The notes under the pieces: model-generated
What the model was told of the DNA's origin: nothing
Seen by the model: the letters and a program-made list of their open reading frames with translations, nothing else
Databases searched by the model: none
NCBI GenBank assembly: GCA_031411295.1
Contig: JANOAV010000041.1
Coordinates: 1 to 64,000, forward strand
DNA from: Verrucomicrobiales bacterium
GTDB lineage: Bacteria > Verrucomicrobiota > Verrucomicrobiia > Verrucomicrobiales > V1-33
DNA: 64,000 nt
Reading direction: 5' to 3'
Program-made: the position numbers and the translations under genes
In this document: one piece after another, positions 38,101-44,901 of the stretch
Numbering within the stretch: the stretch's first letter is position 1
Layout: every line of letters begins with the position of its first letter

Positions 38101-39149
38101 ACGGCCGCCTCTACGATCCGATTTTAGGCCGTTTCATGTCCGTGGACCCCATCGTGCAGGAAGCCGGGAATTTGCAGAATCTGAATCGGTATAGCTACGT
38201 GCTGAATAATCCTCTGAGTTTGACGGATCCGAGTGGGTTCTACGCGGAGTCTCGGCGTCCTCCCATAAACAATCCACGGATAGATAATCGAATCAGATAC
38301 TCTCCAAACCTTCCAGATATGTGGCGCGGAATAAATGATGGCGGGCCAATTCAATTTAGACCTATCACCCCAATCAGGCCCATTGGCGGCCCCGCCTTGG
38401 GCGGCACCAATTTGTCACCAGGGCAATCAAATCACGCGATTTTGGCAGGAAATGACTCAAACACTGGTTCATCAGAAGTGAATTCAGGGCGACCAAACCT
38501 TGGGAACCTGACTCCAAAGCAAAAACCTTGGGAACTTAATAGCGGAACCAGCATCCACCGCCAAGAAGTAGATAGACCTTATGCAAATTCAACCTTGCAG
38601 GAGCTTGCTGATGCTTCCCCTCGATATGAAAAATTTGCGAACGGAGCAGCCACAGCAACAGGCGAATATCCCTTTGGGGAAAAGCTGCTAAGTTACGCAG
38701 AGGACGGAAAAAAGATCACAGGTGGCATGGGGCTGGCTGTGGATTCGACTATTGCATCCATTAGAGCAAACGACTTCCTGTTAATGCAGCAAGGTTACTA
38801 TCCTGCTGTTGAGGGTGTGGATGTCGAGTTGGGGATGAAAAAAGTCGGGAAATTTATTGAGGTGGCCGACCTTGCCGTCAACGTTGCTGCGTTCGCGAAC
38901 CAACCAGATATGAAGAATGGGGTTGATGTAATTATATCTGCCGCAAGCACGGGGTTAGGGGGGGTAGGACAAGCCTTGGAAATACCTTATACAGTTATGA
39001 CTGAAACAAAAATCGGCCCATATATAGTTGGTTGGACCTTTTACAGTTGGAACCATTTAGCGGGAGATGGCAGCATGACGCGTGCGTCAACAAATTCGTT
39101 GATCAATGAAACACACTCTAGGATAGACCTGATCGGAGCAGGTCGCTGA
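32115..39149 (+). CDS. RHS-repeat polymorphic toxin-like protein (SpvB + 7 FG-GAP + TcdB-mid + YD repeats + RHS core + variable C-terminus)
   Basis: SGAAEISIPITVPPGTAGMEPKLAIGYSSQGGNG; DFNGDG repeats; GFRGF; YD repeats; DHLGS, RGFTGHE, HMNGRLYDPILGRFMSVDP, NRYSYVLNNPLSLTDPSG. Confidence 0.93.
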   Translation: MKCFVSLTLSLLLTDLAPAQTLSANDPYRLWAESKWGTAIVSDSAKKATVWGETADPDKDTVPNLVEYALGTDPKISTPSPRPTVQMDGGKPSAFLFSIVRRTDDPALIVVPQISSDLSWWSPEIPADTFTWSGDQQFFYKIPPASGAISTVLPPFTEETFIHPIASYEANACFARLTVKRSGATASTALFDDLRLPETVTGTPGSTVESTSIVPTGFAGTITLSVNGGAHLIVDGVDLGSSAAVSANSRVFLRAATPLQADFQYSYTLNFGGLYSTIWNAISRAQWSPTAVAGTPSGYTPVNASVNESGAAEISIPITVPPGTAGMEPKLAIGYSSQGGNGMLGVGFSLSGLSQISRTGATQFHDGFKGGVNFDSKDRYLLDGQRLILVAGTWGAANSEYRTEMESFSRIRLLPNSSGALLYWEVQTKAGLTIRLGDSNDSRSFAQRFSGDTAILSWSSASITDTNGNQILFDYATPSGLEIGHKRIESITYATNTTTSPPLAAASQVFFEYENRDDDPSSWVGGAQISVRMRLSAIECRHAGSAARRYELAYQYSADTQASQLTEIVEKLRSPSGGPMQSLPPTTFAWQTNGGTVQFGDPLRTTIKNWGATNVDDIVGDFSGDGVTDVLVFNTTREQFDLYVNNGVGSFSSPIETPVRGKNTAYAGARTRNFIGDFDADGFMDVATMEPDTSSYSFHFGGIGGLSDAIITTITPIDTPNHPTITGDFNGDGRTDFLAWVRVASIDPDPAYYPYFSNGRSFTRKSPGLPSWDNATLFPQQIAADFNGDGMSDVLLWHVPGATSRYNLLVSNGDGTFQPAVNTDIDSWDNPAVQNIPGDFNGDGLMDLMVWHKPLENNRFNLYTNTGRNGKFILTATNVRTDDQPNVLRQASSDFNGDGLMDMFMWEGSIDRHYIYSSNGKQGFNAAKDSGVPSDTDPRRLSQLGDFNGDGRSDVLVWDKPFDNNRYNLYLSNGPQPDLVASVKNGHGGSTTFSYKPLTDKAVFTRGSGSLYPCYDLQASMHVVSSISTSNGTFAQFSPGGGDSNFPLSTTISYTYEKAWMCLDGRGFRGFQAIEAQNEETGIRSRTESIGTDPVLAGHPTRQVTMLANGRKIQETITQWTYKTFNFTNAGKTDSSYFPYANRTTEMEYDISRPSQEPPFKTTIHRGVTYDNYGNLTNSTTEWDGGFLEVTDSVYYPPDLTKWWLGRLSVTTVTQIQPNGTGGTTSATRRSRFDYSPTNGQVVQEVIDTTDAAEKLWKTYEHDGYGNIKKSVLEDIGTGEKRTTLTRYSADGRFVTETENDFGHIEHQTHDPLTGNVLTRTGPNGLTSIVEYDFLGRPLREHRPDGTESLTQYLRYTSSATLPKATTHGVLTQTAGASWKAAYFDVVDREIHSSTPHYNGQILHARKVFNERGEVTKAHLPYFGNTPGIYTEFQYDEISRQKKDIAPGNRQTSTAYSGLTATVTNPVSQQFSTSADVRGRTASSTAFGSQTVTNSHDPYGNLLKVDDNRGHLTSMAYNVRGFKTSMTEPNSGTTSYKYNAFGELKEQTDALGRKTTLKYDKLGRLIERTEPEGTTVWTYDTAANGIGKLARLYRVTDGYEETYRYDSLGRPVETAYHIGNAHFVTGTTYDEYGRPLVVTYPTGFAIRNDYTADGFLRSVKDAFTGAVFWTAIAYNDRGQLTEEDFGNFISSQRAYDPETGFLQSILTGNRTGGPGSVINSHVQTLSYEFNDIGNLTRRKNDNLDDTSGNRGIWENFTYDTANRLTNIASNGHAAEVIGYNSMGNITSKTGVGGYTYSGINAGPHAVTSITGSTTGQNRTLTYDAAGNCIRNGDTTITYTSSNQPATLTKGTTTLHFSYSPGRARYRQVERLGTAERTKLYIGGLYEKETDSAGNTTHTHFIPGGSGVVAIHTISQPSTGAATTKTRYVHKDHLGSIHALTREDGSIDELLYFDAWGRRQTWNATTHAFTTATVTSQTDRGFTGHEMLDALGLVHMNGRLYDPILGRFMSVDPIVQEAGNLQNLNRYSYVLNNPLSLTDPSGFYAESRRPPINNPRIDNRIRYSPNLPDMWRGINDGGPIQFRPITPIRPIGGPALGGTNLSPGQSNHAILAGNDSNTGSSEVNSGRPNLGNLTPKQKPWELNSGTSIHRQEVDRPYANSTLQELADASPRYEKFANGAATATGEYPFGEKLLSYAEDGKKITGGMGLAVDSTIASIRANDFLLMQQGYYPAVEGVDVELGMKKVGKFIEVADLAVNVAAFANQPDMKNGVDVIISAASTGLGGVGQALEIPYTVMTETKIGPYIVGWTFYSWNHLAGDGSMTRASTNSLINETHSRIDLIGAGR

Positions 39150-39163
39150 GTTTTTGGGCGTGA

Positions 39164-39524
39164 GTGCAATTACAGTCAGATTCCGACCGTTCTTCCGGCC
39201 TCAATGACATCAAGAGCGGCCTCGCCATGCTCAAAGCTCAAAGGCTACCAGTCCAAGGCGGGGCAAGAAACACCCCTGTGGGCACAAGCCTTCGCAGGTC
39301 CCACCTTCCGGGGCCAAATCAAAAGCGGTTTCGCCAGCCTCTGCCCTGGCACCCCACCCGCCTACCTCGAAACCGCCTGCAGCGTCCTCATCGCCCTCAC
39401 TGACAGCCCTCGCCCCGTCAGCGCCTCCACCATCCGCCGCCTCATCACCAAAGAAGGCACCGCCGCCCAAGCCGAAACACCCCGCTTCGTCGAAGACCTT
39501 ACCCAAGTCGCCAACAAGTTGTAA
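39164..39524 (+). pseudogene. Frameshifted ORF directly downstream of RHS (117 aa if repaired)
   Basis: Tandem gctcaaa-gctcaaa at 39229-39242; deleting one copy joins ...SGLAMLK to GYQSKAGQ...QVANKL*. Confidence 0.6.
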
Positions 39525-39540
39525 TTTGCCCCGCTATCCC

Positions 39541-39849
39541 ATGGCCAATTTTCACATCAAAAACACCACCTGCCCTCAGTGCACAAAGGAGAACCTCTGG
39601 TTCCAGTCCTCCGGCTGCTTTGGCAAAGGAAAGGTCGTCTGCCGCACCACCTATTTCTTGAAAAAAGACTGCGATTACCAGCGCGAGGCCAAAGCCAGGG
39701 AAGAATCCACGTTCAAAGACGCGAACCGCCGCGCCGAGTTGGTGCAATGCTACGGAACATGTAGGCGGTGGTTTGCGAAATCGGCCATCCATCGGGATGG
39801 AATGTGCTATGAATGTTTCCGAGCGAGGAATAATGCAGATTGGCGATGA
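39541..39849 (+). CDS. Small Cys-rich (zinc-ribbon-like) hypothetical protein
   Basis: CPQC, C..C, CYGTC, CYEC; ATGA overlap with next gene. Confidence 0.65.
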   Translation: MANFHIKNTTCPQCTKENLWFQSSGCFGKGKVVCRTTYFLKKDCDYQREAKAREESTFKDANRRAELVQCYGTCRRWFAKSAIHRDGMCYECFRARNNADWR

Positions 39850-40181
39850 GGACCATTTTGATCCTACTCATCCGGGCCTACCGACGTTTCCTACGCCCCA
39901 TCCTGCCGCCCCGCGAATGCCTCTTCCAGGAATCGTGCTCTTCATTTGTCGAGGCGACCTTGAAAAATTACGGAACGCTCGGCGGTATTCGGGCCATGCG
40001 CACCCGTCTGAAGCAATGCAGGGCAGGGTATAAACCGATCCGAATCGATTCGGAACCGACCTTTTGCCAAATGGCCGACGGCTCTCAGGTGGCGGTTTCC
40101 GAGCTATCCACAGCGATGCAAAGCTACTGCCTTGAGGCGGAAAATTCGGCTACGGAAGAGTCTAGATCATGCCAAGTTTGA
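39846..40181 (+). CDS. YidD-like (membrane protein insertion efficiency factor / haemolytic domain) protein
   Basis: LIRAYRRFLRP....CLFQESCS.F.......YG...G.......RLKQC. Confidence 0.75.
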   Translation: MRTILILLIRAYRRFLRPILPPRECLFQESCSSFVEATLKNYGTLGGIRAMRTRLKQCRAGYKPIRIDSEPTFCQMADGSQVAVSELSTAMQSYCLEAENSATEESRSCQV

Positions 40182-40674
40182 CAGGGCTGCTCGACCTTAA
40201 AGCGTCCAGCATACCTGTGATCAAAGATTGGGCATAGGCCTGGCCACCGGACCATTTGCTGGCGCGTGGGCCAGCCACGTTGAGGCTTTGCAGGGGTGTG
40301 GTATGGATGAACTCTAGCAGCCGTTCCACCGCGCGGCTAATGGAAACCTCCCGGGCGTCAATCAGTAGATAAGGTTTCTTCACTTTCATGCAGCGATAGG
40401 CGGTCTCCTGGGTCCCGCCTTCCAGACAGCTCAAATAAAGGATGACGGTGCCATCCGCATCCAGCAAGTTCTGTTGCGTCCGCGCACTGTAGCCGCCTTT
40501 CTTCAATGCTCGCACCGGATAGCGCTCCGGGATGACCCCATCCTCATCCACCCGCCCAGCGGGGCACCAGCCCCCACAAGGCCACCCTAACTCCAGCGCT
40601 GCATCCAAGGCTCCCCGGTCCACTCCTGTCTGGGCCCCGGAAATGATTTTCAGAAATGGATTAATCAGATTCAT
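40162..40674 (-). CDS. Putative molybdenum carrier / cpYpsA SLOG-family protein
   Basis: KIISGAQTGVDRGALDAA, GGWCPAGR, RT..N..DADGT, LNVAGPRASK. Confidence 0.9.
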   Translation of the reverse strand: MNLINPFLKIISGAQTGVDRGALDAALELGWPCGGWCPAGRVDEDGVIPERYPVRALKKGGYSARTQQNLLDADGTVILYLSCLEGGTQETAYRCMKVKKPYLLIDAREVSISRAVERLLEFIHTTPLQSLNVAGPRASKWSGGQAYAQSLITGMLDALRSSSPVKLGMI

Positions 40675-40875
40675 CGATGCTTACTGCGTTACGGGGAATT
40701 GACCGTTCTCCCTGTCCTTTCACAGCGAATTTTCCCGATCTCATCCTATGTCACACAGTGCAATAACAAAAATAAATTTTGTCGAGTTTCAGAGTCCAAA
40801 AAACTCATCGACCCCACGCTGGACCGCAGAATCATCTCTGCTGGACAAACCGGGGCTTCCGTTTAGCTTGACCTC

Positions 40876-41112
40876 ATGCCAGCTACCTTAGATTTCGTTT
40901 CCAGCCAAGCTTTCGGGCTCCCTGCCGAGCAACGAATGCGCTTGGCACTTGCCCTTTTGGAGAGCGTCGAGACAGACAACCCACCCGCCGCGCAGGAGGC
41001 TTGGTCAGCCGAGATCTCTAATAGAATTGCATCGTTTGATGCTGGGAAAATCAAGTCTGTGCCGGCAGCGGATGTCTTCCGCAAGTTACGGGAAATTGCC
41101 CCTGATCGATGA
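40876..41112 (+). CDS. Addiction-module antitoxin (TIGR02574-like)
   Basis: A..LPAEQR..LA..LLES.....AW.AEI..RI...DAG; ATGA overlap with toxin. Confidence 0.87.
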   Translation: MPATLDFVSSQAFGLPAEQRMRLALALLESVETDNPPAAQEAWSAEISNRIASFDAGKIKSVPAADVFRKLREIAPDR

Positions 41113-41408
41113 ACCTTGTTCTTGAGTTTCATCCTGAAGCCGAGGCGGAGGCTCAGTGCATCACAGGCGATTACGAGGCAAAGGTTCCGGGACTTGGAGC
41201 GCGGTTCCGACATGAATTGGAAGACGCCTGTTCCGCTATTGTTCAGCATCCTCTGCTCTGGAGGCTGAGATCGGATGGATGGCGGAGGCTCAACCTCCCG
41301 GGTTTTCCATTTTACGTTGCCTTCGTGATTAGAGACGGGATCGCGTTGGTGGTGGCAGTTGCTCATCAGGCCCGCCAACCGGACTACTGGAAGATTCGCT
41401 GGCCCTGA
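41109..41408 (+). CDS. Type II toxin, RelE/ParE family
   Basis: FHPEAEAE....YE....GLG.RF, RR.NL..FPF, VVAVAH..RQPDYW. Confidence 0.88.
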   Translation: MNLVLEFHPEAEAEAQCITGDYEAKVPGLGARFRHELEDACSAIVQHPLLWRLRSDGWRRLNLPGFPFYVAFVIRDGIALVVAVAHQARQPDYWKIRWP

Positions 41409-41985
41409 ACTGCCCTGGTTATTGGAGAAAGAACCTGCCGCCCTCCGTGCAACCTACGGGCAGCACCTCTGCGGCCAGAGCACGCTCATGGCGCGACGCC
41501 TGACCGAAGCGGGGGTGCCCATGGTGACGGTGTATTGTGCGGCGGGAGATTTGAACGGCTCCGTCGGAGATCATTTCGACACCCATGGCGACAATTTCAA
41601 TCGGCTCAAAAACAGCATGCTACCGCCGTTGGATCAGGCCTCGTTCGCGCTGATTGAAGATCTAAAACAACGCGGCACGCTGGACGAAACTTTGATTTGC
41701 TGGCTCACCGAATTTGGTCGCACGCCTAGAATCAATGGTGGAGCCGGACGTGACCATTTCCCGAACTGTTACTCGGTGGCCTTTGCTGGTGGCGGCGTGC
41801 AGGGCGGGCAGGTCTATGGCAAGTCCGACGCGATGGGCTACGCGCCCGCCGAGTCAGCCTGCGGTCCCGAAGATCTGCATGCCACCATTTTCCAAGCGCT
41901 GGGCATCGACCCCCGCACCACCATTCATGCCCCTGACGGCAGGCCGTTTCCGTTAGCCACCGGCAAGGCGCTGGATATCTTCTAA
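41404..41985 (+). pseudogene. C-terminal fragment of a DUF1501 protein
   Basis: E.....R..YG....GQS.LMARRL.EAGVP, FDTH, EFGRTPRIN, GRDH, AGGGVQGGQVYGKSD, PEDLHATIF..LGIDP; N-terminal half and start codon missing. Confidence 0.8.
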
Positions 41986-42224
41986 CAAGCCCTCAGCTCA
42001 GCGATTTGTCACCTTGAGTTTCACGGGAGTGCGGCCCAAAGGCTTCCAATAGCTCTCATCCGCAGGATCCACGATCACCGAGTGATATATAACCACAGAG
42101 GTAACGATCAGGCAAAATCAGGCGTCTGACGGGTTATTGAGGAAACTATCGACGCGAATTGCCGGGGGATCGGGCTGCGGGTGCCGAGGGGGGCGCTTCA
42201 TAGGGCAGAGCTGAGCAGGCGAAA

Positions 42225-43046
42225 CTACTGCACCACTGGGGCGGCTTCGGCCAGTTTGGCCTGACTGCGTTTGGCCTTGATGTTCAGCATTTCCACAAAG
42301 ACCGAGAAGGCCATGGCGAAGTAAACGTAGCCCTTGGGAATATGAAAATGGAAGGCTTCACCCAAGAGGTTCGTGCCAATGAGGAGCAGGAACGCCAGCG
42401 CCAGCATTTTGACCGTGGGATGGCGTTGGACGAAATTTCCAATGGGCTCGATGGCGAAGATCATGATGATGGTGGAGATCGCAACGGCCAAAATCATGAC
42501 GGGAAGTTCCTTCACCATGCCGATGGCGGTCACGATGGAGTCCAGTGAGAAGATAATATTCATCAGCATGATCTGCACGAGAACGGCTCCCATCTTCGCC
42601 CCGGCCTTCAGATCCGCTCCGGGCTGCATGTTCAGGTCTTCGGGCTCCATGGCGTGGTGAATTTCCCGCACCGCCTGCACGAGGAGGAACAGACCGCCAA
42701 CAATGAGCACGATCTCTTGACCATTGATGCCCAGGGCTTTCTCTGGATGGCTAGGGTCGGGAATCCATAAGGTATCAGAGAGCTTCAAGTGAAACAACGG
42801 TTCCTGCATTTGCAAAATGAAGCCGATGAAAAAGAGGAACACAATCCGCGGAATGACCGCCAGGATCAGCCCCTGTTGACGAGCTTTGGCCTGTTGCGCT
42901 GCGGGTAATTTACCGCTGAGGATGGAAATGAAGACAATGTTGTCGATCCCCAGCACGACTTCCAACGCCACGAGCGTGAGCAACCCAATCCAAGCGGCAG
43001 GGTTGCTGATCCAACTAAAATCCATCATCGCATTCAAAGTTTCCAT
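42225..43046 (-). CDS. TerC family membrane protein
   Basis: LEVVLGIDNIVFISIL, FSLDSIVTAIGM, HPTVKMLALAFLLLIG, PKGYVYFAMAFS. Confidence 0.93.
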   Translation of the reverse strand: METLNAMMDFSWISNPAAWIGLLTLVALEVVLGIDNIVFISILSGKLPAAQQAKARQQGLILAVIPRIVFLFFIGFILQMQEPLFHLKLSDTLWIPDPSHPEKALGINGQEIVLIVGGLFLLVQAVREIHHAMEPEDLNMQPGADLKAGAKMGAVLVQIMLMNIIFSLDSIVTAIGMVKELPVMILAVAISTIIMIFAIEPIGNFVQRHPTVKMLALAFLLLIGTNLLGEAFHFHIPKGYVYFAMAFSVFVEMLNIKAKRSQAKLAEAAPVVQ

Positions 43047-43120
43047 AGAGATCGGGACAAAACGTAATTTACGCCCGGAAGCAATCAGAAAGCGCGACGG
43101 AATTTCTTAGCATCTGAGGA

Positions 43121-44533
43121 TCACCGGCCTCGCCCCCCACGGAAGCCACCTCCGCCGACTCCACCGCCACCGCCCACAGGGCCGCCGCGAGTGGTCGGTC
43201 CGCCTTGAAAGCCAGTCGGCGGTCCGCCTCGATCTTGCCGCGGGGCGAGCACTTCCGCCTGCATTTCCTGAGGCAGATTGGCTGCGATCCAGGGACCGGC
43301 TTCGGTTGGGTTAGCGTAATTCCAACGTTTGGCCACCTCCGCTTGGGCTTTGAGACGCTCAGCGGCGTCCGTGATTTCCTTGGTCCAAGTTAGGGCGTCC
43401 TGGGGATTTTCTCGCGCCAGCGAACGCGCGAAAGTCTCGATGGCAGCATTCTTGGCAGCGCCTGCGGGCATCTGTGTTAGCTGCGTGCTGGCAGCGGTGG
43501 GGTCCGCCCGGGTCCAGTCACTGTAAACTTGCCGCATGGCTTCGCGCTGGCTGTCACCTTCAGGAAGCGAGGCAGCCCAGACCGCTGCGTCGGTGGGGCT
43601 CTTGCGGCCCAAGGATTCGGCAATCTGACCCACGGCTTGGCTGGCTCCGGGTTGATCCGCAATGCTTTTCGCCCATTCGGCGGCGGCGGTTTTGTCCTGG
43701 CGGAGGTATTGTCGGGAAATGGTGTCGAGCGCAGAGGCGCGCATTTTTTCGTCGGTGAGAGCCATCGCCCAGGCGCTCGCAGCAGCGGTGCCTTCGTGGA
43801 GTTTCTGCTCGGCAATGACGCTCATATATTCCGCGCGCTGATCCTCCTTCAAGGTCATGACATATTGCATAGCCGCATCCACGTCCTTACGTGCCAGTCC
43901 GCTGACAAGTCCGCGTTCCAGCATCCCATCATCGCGATTTCCCCCGCGTGGATCGTTGCCTTCGGGTTTGGCGGCCTTGAGTTCGGCCAGGTATTTAATG
44001 GCCGCCTCAGGATCTTTCGTGGCCCAGCCAGCCAAGGCGGTGCTCTTGGTCCAACCACCATCGCGACCACCGCTTTCGGAAAGCGCCTTGAGGGCCGCCG
44101 GACCGTCCTTTTCTCCCCAGGCATAGCCCAGCAGGGATAGATAGCGCATGGACTCGAAGCCCCCGGTATTCTCCCGGATCGCCTTCAAAGCGGCGGGCGC
44201 ATTCTCCGGGGTAAGCGCGGCCAGTAATTGGGTGAACGCGGTCATGCATTTCACTGGATCCGGATCCTTCAGGGCGGCCAGCAGCGCCTCGGACATGCGC
44301 TCTGGGGAAATGAAGCCCTGGCTGTCCCGGTAAGTGTCTAACCAAGCGGCGGCTCCTTCGGCATGCGGCTTGCTGGCTGTGTTCGATGCCGCAGGTGCAT
44401 CTGCTTTCGAAGTCACGCCAGATTTCTCACTGCCAAGGCTGGAGGGATTATTGGGGGCTTGCTTGCCGCCCATCACGTAAGCGGCCGCAGCCACCAGGAG
44501 CCAGCCTGCATGGATTAGAAGATGTGTTTTCAT
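43121..44533 (-). CDS. Membrane-anchored helical-repeat protein with Gly/Arg-rich tail
   Basis: N-terminal TM; repeats WGEKDGPAAL, WATKDPEAA, WTRADPTAA, ENPQDALTW; C-tail GGGGFRGGRGR. Confidence 0.75.
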   Translation of the reverse strand: MKTHLLIHAGWLLVAAAAYVMGGKQAPNNPSSLGSEKSGVTSKADAPAASNTASKPHAEGAAAWLDTYRDSQGFISPERMSEALLAALKDPDPVKCMTAFTQLLAALTPENAPAALKAIRENTGGFESMRYLSLLGYAWGEKDGPAALKALSESGGRDGGWTKSTALAGWATKDPEAAIKYLAELKAAKPEGNDPRGGNRDDGMLERGLVSGLARKDVDAAMQYVMTLKEDQRAEYMSVIAEQKLHEGTAAASAWAMALTDEKMRASALDTISRQYLRQDKTAAAEWAKSIADQPGASQAVGQIAESLGRKSPTDAAVWAASLPEGDSQREAMRQVYSDWTRADPTAASTQLTQMPAGAAKNAAIETFARSLARENPQDALTWTKEITDAAERLKAQAEVAKRWNYANPTEAGPWIAANLPQEMQAEVLAPRQDRGGPPTGFQGGPTTRGGPVGGGGGVGGGGFRGGRGR

Positions 44534-44574
44534 GGGATATTGGTTTGAGACGTAAAAAACGATGGGTGATGATT

Positions 44575-44755
44575 GGGATCGAGGGTGCTACCAGTTCGGG
44601 TAACTCTTATAAAACCAGGTCCTGCTGGAACAGTTGCGATAATTCTGCATACGCGGACGTGGGGACCGTCCGCTCTGCTGAAATATGGACTCGATCCCCT
44701 CCGTTTGGTGGCTCCCGGATTCCAAAATAAGCGACGCGTTCGGGCAAGCATAACC
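44575..44755 (-). ncRNA. Candidate structured RNA leader (unassigned)
   Basis: Perfect 9-bp closing stem (44575-83/44690-98) enclosing 3-4 hairpins; G-U pairs work only on the minus strand; upstream TTGCCA-18-TAAGGT. Confidence 0.4.
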
Positions 44756-44808
44756 TTACATACCCCTTAACGATTCTGGCAATTCTGTGGCGCAGGACCA
44801 TTCCCTCC

Positions 44809-44836
44809 TTGACGGGGGGGCATTGTCCACTATAAT
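44809..44836 (+). promoter_or_regulatory. Sigma70 promoter of nusA-infB
   Basis: TTGACG-16nt-TATAAT. Confidence 0.75.
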
Positions 44837-44850
44837 CGGCGGTCTTGTAG

Positions 44851-44877
44851 AGAGTGGGAAGCAATTCCCGCTCTTTT
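44851..44877 (+). terminator. nusA/rimP-leader-type hairpin (weak terminator/attenuator)
   Basis: agagtgggaa-GCAA-ttcccgctct-ttt between promoter and nusA start. Confidence 0.7.
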
Positions 44878-44901
44878 GTATTCTATAGGGAAATTTTTTT
44901 T

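Noticed and set aside
32115..39149. Type VI secretion or complete Tc toxin locus
   Set aside because: No vgrG, PAAR, hcp or TcA gene in the window; the protein has a Sec-type signal peptide
12589..41985. Tat leader at 12589 and DUF1501 C-fragment at 41404 as two halves of one gene split by a 29-kb insertion
   Set aside because: The middle of the protein is missing, they appear to belong to different DUF1501 subfamilies, and there is no integrase or att-like repeat
7245..42120. TGA recoding (Trp/Sec) suggested by two in-frame TGAs
   Set aside because: TGA is a true stop in many intact genes here (several ATGA overlaps); no SECIS-like context; simple pseudogenisation suffices
44575..44755. 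6S RNA, SRP RNA, cobalamin, c-di-AMP or yybP-ykoY riboswitch assignment
   Set aside because: Only short partial matches (caggtcc..ggaacag, cgcaactgt, gaatcc..acggagg); core consensus elements of each family are missing
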